A stretch of DNA of 64,000 nucleotides, taken from positions 187,429-251,428 of the forward strand of contig DASWYC010000002.1 of assembly GCA_036405175.1 (NCBI GenBank). Reading direction: 5' to 3'. Source of the stretch: Minisyncoccota bacterium (GTDB lineage Bacteria; Patescibacteriota; Minisyncoccia; Phycocordibacterales; UBA1006). Below are positions 18,701 through 25,918 of the stretch, piece by piece. The position numbers were made by a program, and so were the translations under genes. Every line of letters begins with the position of its first letter. Within the stretch, counting starts at the first letter, position 1. The notes under the pieces were generated by a model, which worked only from the letters and a program-made list of their open reading frames with translations, was not told where the DNA came from and ran no database searches.

Positions 18701-21700
18701 ATGGGCTTATGCGTCCTGTCTATGAGCGTGATACTGACGGTAACCATATAGCGACTACATACGATCAGTATGGACGCGTGGCAGAGAAAACTATTCCCTA
18801 CACAGGTATGCTTACTGATAGTAAAAAAATAAGATTTACATATGACGATTTAGATCGTGTGATTACTCAGACTACTGTGGATGGCGTAACTCGCTATGCT
18901 TATAACGGACGTACGGTGACGATAACCAGTCCGTCGGACACGATAAAAATGATGGAATATGATAGCGCAGGTAACTTAATTGCGGCGACTGAAGGTGGAT
19001 TTACAACACGGTATACCTATAACGGTAATAATAATCTTGTTAAGCTCGTTGATCAGGAAGGAAATATTAAAGAACAGTCATTTAATCTGCTTGGTCGCAA
19101 ACTCATGACAACTGACCTTCGTAAATCAATAGCCGCTGACTATGGGCGATACTATTTTGTGTATGATCGCAACGGTAATCTTACTCAAGAAATAAAACCA
19201 GGAAATGTAACCGTACTTCATACTTATGATACGCTTGGCCGCTCAAAAACTACCACATCAGGAGAGGATACTATTACGTATACATATGATACCTGTATGC
19301 CAGGCAAACTCTGTTCAGAAACACGCGGAGCGTATTATTCAAAAACTTATACATATACTCCTAAGGGGCAAATAAAAACAGTTACTGAAAAGATTCATGA
19401 TAAAACCAGTATTGTTCAATATGAATATATGGGTGCAGGGGATTTGGTAACAAAAATTACCTACCCTGGCAATATTATCATCACATATGAATATCAAAAG
19501 GATAAATTGGTGCAGATAAAGAAAAATGGAACGTCGCTATTAAGCTCTGTTCAGTACGACTTTGGACGTCTTAAACAACTTCAGTTTGCAAACGGTCTTA
19601 AAACGGTAAATGCGTATAATGAAAATAATTTATATCGCCTTTCGCAGCGTGTGACTACAAATAGTGGAAATACAAAGTTACAAGATATTGGCTATACGTA
19701 TAACTCTTTAGGAATGATTGCTAGCCTTGTTGATTCATCAGATACTCCAACTAAAAAATCAGTTACCTACGTATATGATGATGTGCAGCGTCTCCTAACT
19801 GTTACATATACTATTAGCTCTGATACTACTACAGAAAACTTCACTTACTCTCCATCAGGTAACTTACTTAGTTCGCCTCGTGGAACAATGACGTATGGAG
19901 AAACTGTATCGCCTCAACAGATGAATATGGAGGTGATTGTACCCGAAGAAGAGCAAGCTCAGTCATCTCAGCAGGCCTCAGAGAATCCACCGATTATTCA
20001 TCCAGAAAACCCAGAGTCACCTATCATGCCAACGGTGCCTTCAGGAAATAGTAATGGTCGTAATGATGAAGTTTCATATCGCCATTCCAAATGGAACCCA
20101 GGTGGCTTGCTTAAGGCAACAATCGCATATGCAGAAGAAGTTAAAGTAGGTGAAGAGTCGGGCAGAAATGATCAAGAAATAGCATTAGATTTGGATCAAG
20201 AGCCCGAGTCATCGTTACAAAACCAAACTCTACAGGAAAAAGCCTTGTCTACCTGTGGTGAAGATGGAGTGTTAATCGCTGATTGTGTTATTTCACAACA
20301 ACAAGCTGATCCTATTGAATGTCTGCCGCCAGGTATTTTGGCATCTGGGCGATGCCTCATGCCCGAATCATGGACAAATTCAGAAACTTCTTGTCCTCCT
20401 GCATCTGAAAGATGCTCCGCTATAGTGAATGTTAACTGTTTGGAAAATGAAGTGCCCACCGATGGTGGATGTGCAAGAAAAGTGACGGCAATGCTTGCTT
20501 CTGACAGTGTCGACAGTGATCCGCTCACTCTTGATCAATTGGTTGATCGTCTGCGTGGCAAACTTATTACCATTTATCAAACAGGTAGTGGTATGCTCAT
20601 GACTCTTATTAATGGTGAATCAGGTGAAACAGGGGTGCGTATCCGTAATGATATTGCAGGCAAAGTTGTAATGCCACGCGATGCACAAACTATTGCCGTC
20701 AGCTTTGAAAAGGCGCTTTCCGTAGTACCAACTATTACTATTACACCTCAGGGTCCGATTACTGGAACACCATATATTACCAGCGTAAGCACTACTGGAT
20801 TCACAATTAATGTGACGTCGCCAGTGTTGCAAGATGTGATATTCCATTACTATGCATTTGGTATCCCAGAGTCAGAGTTACAAACTGTGGGAACCATTCC
20901 TCAGCCAACAACTCCAACCGAGCCGTCGGAAACTGAATGTCCTCTTGGATTTGAAAAAGATGCACAACAAAATTGTATTCCCGAGGTGGACACAAGTGAT
21001 CCTGTAGAAGTAGTACATCCACATGCCGTAACCTCCCAAGAAAAAGATGGGAGTGTTACAAGCTACACCTATGATGCGCGAGGTAATCTCTTGAATGATG
21101 GAACTTATACGTATGTGTGGAGTAATCTTAATGAATTGATGTCATCTCAAGATACTAATACAACAGTTCGTTATAACTACTCACCATCACATGATAAGAT
21201 TTATGAGGAAGAAGTGAGTGGTGACACAGGCTCACCGATGATTAATAAAACATACTTCTTTAGCTCTTTAATTAATCGTAATGGAATGATTGAGATTGCA
21301 TTGCCATACGGTATTGTGTTAAAAAATGGCACACCAATATATACGTTTACTGATCATCTTGGTACGGTACAGGTAATTGCTAATCAAGCCGGAGTCGCAA
21401 CTGATGTATTTGATACGTATGCTTATGGTGATGAGCGAGTGAAAACCGGTACGACAGATGCCAAGTACGCACTTCATGAGTACGACAATAATCTTATTTA
21501 TATGAAAGCGCGCTATTATGATCCAGCAACCGGTTCATTTATCTCACAGGACCCAACCGTCTTGCTTGCACCAGAACAATATATTGGGGATCCATTACAG
21601 CTTAATGCGTATGGATATGCGCGCGGGAATCCAGTGATGCATAATGATCCAGATGGAAATCAAGCTGTAGCTGCTATGGTAATTGCACCCGCTCTTGAAT

Positions 21701-22278
21701 CTTCTGCTATGCTTGCTCTTTTAGGAAGCTCTGCAACATGGTTGAGTAGGAGCCGCGATACGATGCTTCTGCCGCTTATGGGTATGCATTATTTGATGAG
21801 TAGGGCGACCGAGAATAACCAGCCGCTTCCTATTCCGCAAGGTTTATCGCTTCCATATGTGCCAAATCCTGAAGATCCAGATGATTTTCTAAAATCTGTA
21901 GATGAATCTAGACGAAATGGGCATGTGAGAAGTAAGCACGTCAAAAATAGTAGAAGTAATCTACTGCAGGAGCTTGAGAGTAATCCAAATTCTGATGGAG
22001 CAACAAGCTTTCGCTCAAGTAAGACTGCTGAGCAAGCTATTAAGAATGGTCTAAATAATAATCAAAGTCATATCAATAACTTTTTGAATAACGAAAGGGT
22101 GGGTGAAAGAACATTTATTGATTATAATACAGGCAATAGTATTGGGTATGGATACACAAAGTTGGCTACAGGAGAAATAATTAAAGTAAATTCAATTAAA
22201 GTAGTTAGAATTGTGATAGAAAAAATGTCGAGAGCGAATTATAAGATAATTACAAGTTTTCCAAAAGCTGGAATATAG
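15715..22278 (+). CDS. Giant secreted polymorphic toxin, Tc-toxin TcB/TcC-like. From N to C it has a SpvB-type domain, an FG-GAP-like beta-propeller, YD/RHS repeats with a Cys-rich insertion, an RHS repeat-associated core ending in DPDGN, and a variable C-terminal toxin domain
   Basis: 2187 aa. There is an N-terminal signal/TM segment (FLLLFFTINPFVSIVSAAEIG). The SpvB signature is SSGAFVDAYDFNLPKGPGGIIPPLALSYDSRRRNYDGSFGIGFTLDIPTISRI. FG-GAP-like repeats include DIDGDGQQDIY, DINNDGAVDGY, DINNDGIIEYI, DVNGDNQKDILIGG and DYNGDGLLEI. Many YD repeats are present (YTYD.., YVYDRNGNL.., YTYDARGNLL). The RHS core reads TDHLGTVQVIAN...ARYYDPATGSFISQDP...NAYGYARGNPVMHNDPDGN, followed by a 205-aa unique tail. 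Confidence 0.9.
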   Translation: MIACRYNMNSHKVTFAAVLPTVSYKVFQRLLTYFLLLFFTINPFVSIVSAAEIGHNPQVSSYDTVVDGIGQSPNTSVTTPSGALPLNTPVAPLSSSAQVEISSGAFVDAYDFNLPKGPGGIIPPLALSYDSRRRNYDGSFGIGFTLDIPTISRINKFGIDRMYEDSSFSSSIHGELVKLSKEQDAYGVYGVKNGYGRYIFNRDNSWSYINKEGVTYVFGAKSTEREFISTDDTKISQWNLSTITDPYKHTYRYVYDKVSEKLFPIAILYPNDIYKVDIGWNRAPQTTLTYENGYGQGVGSRRATQVTLSALGVMYRTHAFTFNPSTLRLEKITDSVLGDTVFTYTDIENPRNAVVVEKPLWNVTQHRVDIDGDGQQDIYRVEANTTPTKRTLTIGTTVYQNMPQFDGFADINNDGAVDGYSTDGCYRTYQGNGVFSAAICNLGLIVGDKMIFEDINNDGIIEYITAAQGHLKVYTFKDGKYTLNPSMKAVGGTMWDDLTNSYMATFDVNGDNQKDILIGGDAYLNRGVFFEFSNNYQVDTSNRYYFPNAGKLEYQYILTPVDYNGDGLLEIKIDENWKEQCSSSGTGWCAKVNTQKFLNSGHGWIAVNVDYWNNFTSFTQEKVPLITKVADARLETDVVYGLEDIAKSNILGSIKKVIVVKSITSPYSQTNYSYTNGKYYFNQKEQTSEFAGFETVVATDGLGRKSISYFHQGNDTNTAKGEFEDSRYKIGRTFRQEFYGATGTLLKTITTKWIQADLGSERYLVVPEYTSQLIDGVGTAVGYTYDTAVGELVRQYNFGDATVNTDGSFTDVGIDLVITKYHYKTNGALVVRDEEQRERNGEQLFHGRYTYNPALTQLVKEEVSEMPGSFASRTFSYTSDGSLSSSTDFMGNTTTYTYDSYKFLPKTITNALGHITTLEYNYVVQKPIKVVTPDAITSTYVYDLLGNELEYYRNGVKERVASVSNNFKDYTYSQTLNTSTSIPASDTYVQKVVNHDGLMRPVYERDTDGNHIATTYDQYGRVAEKTIPYTGMLTDSKKIRFTYDDLDRVITQTTVDGVTRYAYNGRTVTITSPSDTIKMMEYDSAGNLIAATEGGFTTRYTYNGNNNLVKLVDQEGNIKEQSFNLLGRKLMTTDLRKSIAADYGRYYFVYDRNGNLTQEIKPGNVTVLHTYDTLGRSKTTTSGEDTITYTYDTCMPGKLCSETRGAYYSKTYTYTPKGQIKTVTEKIHDKTSIVQYEYMGAGDLVTKITYPGNIIITYEYQKDKLVQIKKNGTSLLSSVQYDFGRLKQLQFANGLKTVNAYNENNLYRLSQRVTTNSGNTKLQDIGYTYNSLGMIASLVDSSDTPTKKSVTYVYDDVQRLLTVTYTISSDTTTENFTYSPSGNLLSSPRGTMTYGETVSPQQMNMEVIVPEEEQAQSSQQASENPPIIHPENPESPIMPTVPSGNSNGRNDEVSYRHSKWNPGGLLKATIAYAEEVKVGEESGRNDQEIALDLDQEPESSLQNQTLQEKALSTCGEDGVLIADCVISQQQADPIECLPPGILASGRCLMPESWTNSETSCPPASERCSAIVNVNCLENEVPTDGGCARKVTAMLASDSVDSDPLTLDQLVDRLRGKLITIYQTGSGMLMTLINGESGETGVRIRNDIAGKVVMPRDAQTIAVSFEKALSVVPTITITPQGPITGTPYITSVSTTGFTINVTSPVLQDVIFHYYAFGIPESELQTVGTIPQPTTPTEPSETECPLGFEKDAQQNCIPEVDTSDPVEVVHPHAVTSQEKDGSVTSYTYDARGNLLNDGTYTYVWSNLNELMSSQDTNTTVRYNYSPSHDKIYEEEVSGDTGSPMINKTYFFSSLINRNGMIEIALPYGIVLKNGTPIYTFTDHLGTVQVIANQAGVATDVFDTYAYGDERVKTGTTDAKYALHEYDNNLIYMKARYYDPATGSFISQDPTVLLAPEQYIGDPLQLNAYGYARGNPVMHNDPDGNQAVAAMVIAPALESSAMLALLGSSATWLSRSRDTMLLPLMGMHYLMSRATENNQPLPIPQGLSLPYVPNPEDPDDFLKSVDESRRNGHVRSKHVKNSRSNLLQELESNPNSDGATSFRSSKTAEQAIKNGLNNNQSHINNFLNNERVGERTFIDYNTGNSIGYGYTKLATGEIIKVNSIKVVRIVIEKMSRANYKIITSFPKAGI

Positions 22279-22302
22279 CTATGTAAGTAATAAATATTAT
22301 TT

Positions 22303-22662
22303 ATGAATAACTTTCAAGACAAAGGAGTTAATACATTATGGGATACTCTCACGGGTGCGTACTTAGATCAGCATTATCCCTATGAATTTGGAACATATGA
22401 GAATGCAATACGTGAGTTTATAAAGTTTTATATTTTAGAAATTGATGAATTTATTAAAAACACCGAAGCAATGATTCAAAATGAAGCAGACTTAAAGTTT
22501 TTTATGTCCAATTCAGACTTTAAAATACATCGTAGTGAGGAATTTAAAAAGATGAATCCGCACTATGAAGAGTATCAGATGAAAAGATTCCTTAAAATCT
22601 TTGAAGATTTGAAATCTCAGTATCAAAAGATGAAGGAAGAAGGTTCAATTTCTAAGGCATAA
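22303..22662 (+). CDS. Putative cognate immunity protein for the upstream RHS C-terminal toxin
   Basis: A 119-aa acidic ORF starting 24 nt after the toxin stop. It has an ATG start and a strong terminator right after it. The position is typical of Rhs/CDI immunity genes. I recognise no family. Confidence 0.5.
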   Translation: MNNFQDKGVNTLWDTLTGAYLDQHYPYEFGTYENAIREFIKFYILEIDEFIKNTEAMIQNEADLKFFMSNSDFKIHRSEEFKKMNPHYEEYQMKRFLKIFEDLKSQYQKMKEEGSISKA

Positions 22663-22666
22663 ACTC

Positions 22667-22699
22667 AAATCAAAAACCACTTTTCGTGGTTTTTGATTT
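22667..22699 (+). terminator. Intrinsic terminator
   Basis: aaatcaaaaaccac-ttttc-gtggtttttgattt. Confidence 0.75.
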
Positions 22700-22713
22700 A
22701 CTAGCCAAATTTG

Positions 22714-23322
22714 ATGAAAGGTGTACACTACAAGAGTATGAAGAAATACACCAATATCATCATTCTTTTAAGTATTATCATAATTGGACTTGTAGTTTAT
22801 ATTATCGCTAATAACCGTAAGAGCGTTGACGTTGACACCATGACCACATCGGAGGAAATGGTAACAACGCCCGTTGGTGAACAATCCACCACTACTACGT
22901 CTTCAACACCGGTAAAAAAGACTACAACCTCAACACCTAAGAAGACAACCACCGCAACAACGTCTCCAACACCATCAATTAACAAGACATTGTTGGAGAA
23001 TAATCCCTACGTACCATACGGATTCTATATCCAAACACCAACCGGGTATCGTTTGCGACCTTCAACTGATTCTGTAACCGGAAACGTAACGGTTGGATAT
23101 CCAGATGGAGTAATTATGTATGTTAAAGATGCCGCTAAGTATGAGCAATCAACCGTTGTTCCAAAGTATAAATATCTAGGAACAACTAAGGTTGGAGGAA
23201 ATACCTTTAAGACCTATACCTACGGAACCATGACCTACTACTGGATCACTGATGGCAATGAAGGATACGAAATCATTACCACCAAAAAAGATTCATTAAG
23301 TACGTTTGAGATTTTAGAATAA
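22714..23322 (+). CDS. Membrane-anchored protein with a Thr/Ser/Pro-rich (mucin-like) linker and a beta-rich C-terminal domain
   Basis: The N-terminal TM is IIILLSIIIIGLVVYII, then TTPVGEQSTTTTSSTPVKKTTTSTPKKTTTATTSPTPS, then a roughly 110-aa Tyr/Gly/Thr-rich domain. The track start at 22711 is TTG, and an ATG lies at 22714. Confidence 0.5.
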   Translation: MKGVHYKSMKKYTNIIILLSIIIIGLVVYIIANNRKSVDVDTMTTSEEMVTTPVGEQSTTTTSSTPVKKTTTSTPKKTTTATTSPTPSINKTLLENNPYVPYGFYIQTPTGYRLRPSTDSVTGNVTVGYPDGVIMYVKDAAKYEQSTVVPKYKYLGTTKVGGNTFKTYTYGTMTYYWITDGNEGYEIITTKKDSLSTFEILE

Positions 23323-23340
23323 AAACATGCTTATTCACGT

Positions 23341-23376
23341 AAAACCCACCAGAGATGGTGGGTTTTGACTTTTTTA
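23341..23376 (+). terminator. Intrinsic terminator
   Basis: aaaacccacc-agagat-ggtgggtttt followed by gactttttt. Confidence 0.7.
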
Positions 23377-23429
23377 AATAGTGTGATATTTTTGAGATAT
23401 CATTTCACCTTAAACAAAATATACCTAAA

Positions 23430-24029
23430 ATGCAGCTGATTAATATATTTCATAATCAAGTCTTTGCTCAGGCTATGATTGTATTGATATTTCTCCTTAT
23501 AGTAGCCGTATGGTCTTACTTTGGAAATATTGATAAAACAAGCCCTGGGTACATCGCTAAACAAATTAAAAAACAGGATAAGCGGAATATTCGATATATA
23601 AAAGATATCCTAAAAGGTCACTACATAAAACTAACCAAGGAGCAAATAGCTCAATTTATCGAAAAGTATTCCGTATGGGTCCAACAAGAAAAACAGCTTG
23701 TATCAACAACTTCTAAAGAGCGATTATTCAGACAAGGACAATATCGCAATGAATTTAAAGTTAGTTTTATGTTTCTTGATGAATTATTGCCCGAAGAAGA
23801 GTCTCCGTTCAAGCTTGCCTTTAAAGATGCATTTACTGAACCATTTCCTTCAACTCATGATATGGACGATTGGGCATTTGTAAATAAAGTAACAGATATT
23901 CTTGCTTTGAAAGGATATAACCCTCGGGAAGAACGCCTTGTTGCTTTGGTACACAAAAAAGAACATTTTGTGAATCATGATATTACAACGGGAATCATTA
24001 TTTTTGATATCTACCTTCTTGAAGAATAA
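23430..24029 (+). CDS. Hypothetical membrane-anchored protein (199 aa)
   Basis: N-terminal TM (FAQAMIVLIFLLIVAVWSYF). I recognise no family. Confidence 0.45.
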   Translation: MQLINIFHNQVFAQAMIVLIFLLIVAVWSYFGNIDKTSPGYIAKQIKKQDKRNIRYIKDILKGHYIKLTKEQIAQFIEKYSVWVQQEKQLVSTTSKERLFRQGQYRNEFKVSFMFLDELLPEEESPFKLAFKDAFTEPFPSTHDMDDWAFVNKVTDILALKGYNPREERLVALVHKKEHFVNHDITTGIIIFDIYLLEE

Positions 24030-24055
24030 AACAATGGTCAGACAAATAAAACTTA

Positions 24056-24082
24056 AAAAAGCCGCATTTCCTGCGGCATTTT
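24056..24082. terminator. Bidirectional terminator before the rbfA 3' end
   Basis: aaaaagccgca-tttcc-tgcggcattttttatt. Confidence 0.6.
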
Positions 24083-24373
24083 TTATTCCCCAAAAGAATT
24101 TAATCTAAAGGTAAAGAAGGGAACGTGCTTTGCACGGCGCTTCTTTAAAATATTATGGCGGATGTCAGAGATATTACGTTCCAAAAAGAGCATTACTTCG
24201 GGTGCTTTTTCTGTTGGGAGCACAGAAACATAGATCAACATATCAGAACGATCACGTCCTGCTTTTGCTCCGGTTAATGTAATAAGCGATGTTTTATTAG
24301 AAAGTTTTTGAACTTCCTCGGCTACATCTTTCAACATCTCTTCTTCAAATGATTTATCTCGATAATTACTCAT
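24083..24373 (-). CDS. rbfA: Ribosome-binding factor A
   Basis: Directly downstream of infB. The pattern (...VQKLSNKTSLITLTGAKAGRDRSDMLIYVSVLP...HNILKKRRAKHVPFFTFRLN) matches RbfA. The track start at 24385 is TTG, and an ATG lies at 24373. Confidence 0.7.
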   Translation of the reverse strand: MSNYRDKSFEEEMLKDVAEEVQKLSNKTSLITLTGAKAGRDRSDMLIYVSVLPTEKAPEVMLFLERNISDIRHNILKKRRAKHVPFFTFRLNSFGE

Positions 24374-25850
24374 ATGCAATTTCAAATGATTCTAATAAGC
24401 TTCCTTCTTCGATCTCGCCTTTAACTTCAACCATAGCACCAAATTCACCATCCTTTAAAACCTGAATAGGTGCTTTGGCTTGCTGCATGGTCATAAGTTT
24501 TCCATACACGCTTACGCCTTCTTGATTGGTAATTTTAATGCGATCGCCAGTCTTGAGTTGTCCTTCTTTAAGTGATCCACCAATCAGGTGTTCGGTTTTC
24601 TTTGAGCTAAATACTTTTAAGATCTTTGCCGATCCATTAATACGTTCGGTTTTTTCACGTTTAATGCGTTTTTCGCGTTCTTCTTCAAGATATTCGGTTG
24701 CCTTATAGATAATATTAAATGATTTAATCGTTACATTTTCCTGAGCAAGATCAGCAGCGGCTTTATCTACGCCAACGTTAAAGGCAATCACAATAGCGCC
24801 GTTATCGGTGAGGGCAAGTTTAATATCTGCTTCTGATACAGTTCCAACACCTGAGTAAACAATCTTATAGAGAACTCTGTCTGATGAAAGTGTTGAAATA
24901 ATTGATTCAAGTGCTTCACGAGTTCCGGCAACATCAGCTTTAATAATGAGAGGAACTACCGCACGTGTATCATCTTCATCAACAGCGGTAAATGCACGTT
25001 CCTTTTCAAGAAGTTCACGTGTTTCTGCAATAAAGTTTTCTGCTTCTTTTTTGTCTTTGCATACAATAAATTCTGATCCAGCTTCTGGAAGATTATCAAA
25101 TCCAACGAGTGTAACAGGGGTAGAGAAGGTTGCTGATTCAATTGGCTTTTGATACGTAGTATCAAGCACAATACGGCTTGGTGTCATAGCAAGACCGGCA
25201 ACAATAATATCACCACGCTTGAGCGTTCCTTTTTTAATGATGAGTGTTGCGCTGATTCCTTTTTTATCATCTCTGTGTGCTTCAATCACGAATCCTTCTG
25301 CTGGCGCATCTTCTTCGGCAGTAAATTCTTCTAGTTGCGCAACCAATAAAATCATATCAAGCAACTCAGAAACTCCCGTTCCTTTTTTTGCAGAGATCTT
25401 TGCTACGGGAGTATCTCCTCCGTAGCCTTCACAATACACTTCATGTTCAGCAAGTGCCCAAAGAACGCGATCAATATTCGCATCAGGAAGATCAATTTTA
25501 TTCACCGCCACCACAAACGGCACCTTATTTTCTTTAATAGTTTGAAGCGCTTCAAGCGTCTGAGGTTTGATACCTTCAACAGCAGACACAATTAAAATCG
25601 CAATATCTGCGATGGTTGCTCCGCGTGAACGCATGCCAGAAAATGCTGCGTGACCAGGAGTGTCAATAAAGGTGATAAGAGAGGAGTATCCTTCCGGGGT
25701 GGTGTGAGAAACTTCATACGCAGAAAGATACTGGGTAATTCCTCCAGCTTCACCGGCAACAATGTTGGTTTTTCTGATGAAATCGAGAAGGGTTGATTTG
25801 CCGTGGTCAACGTGTCCCATGATTGCAACAATAGGTGGTCGAGTCTTCAT
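24366..25850 (-). CDS. infB: Translation initiation factor IF-2, short form of about 494 aa with the N-terminal half missing
   Basis: Opens with the G-domain: RPPIVAIMGHVDHGKSTLLD, DTPGH, NKID. Domains II to IV follow to the C-terminus. The track start at 25868 is TTG, and the likely ATG is at 25850 (MKTRPP). Confidence 0.9.
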   Translation of the reverse strand: MKTRPPIVAIMGHVDHGKSTLLDFIRKTNIVAGEAGGITQYLSAYEVSHTTPEGYSSLITFIDTPGHAAFSGMRSRGATIADIAILIVSAVEGIKPQTLEALQTIKENKVPFVVAVNKIDLPDANIDRVLWALAEHEVYCEGYGGDTPVAKISAKKGTGVSELLDMILLVAQLEEFTAEEDAPAEGFVIEAHRDDKKGISATLIIKKGTLKRGDIIVAGLAMTPSRIVLDTTYQKPIESATFSTPVTLVGFDNLPEAGSEFIVCKDKKEAENFIAETRELLEKERAFTAVDEDDTRAVVPLIIKADVAGTREALESIISTLSSDRVLYKIVYSGVGTVSEADIKLALTDNGAIVIAFNVGVDKAAADLAQENVTIKSFNIIYKATEYLEEEREKRIKREKTERINGSAKILKVFSSKKTEHLIGGSLKEGQLKTGDRIKITNQEGVSVYGKLMTMQQAKAPIQVLKDGEFGAMVEVKGEIEEGSLLESFEIAYE

Positions 25851-25918
25851 ATATATGTATATCCCCAAGTAGTTTGACGATTTTCAGATTATAATGCAAA
25901 ATAATAAAATAAGCAATT

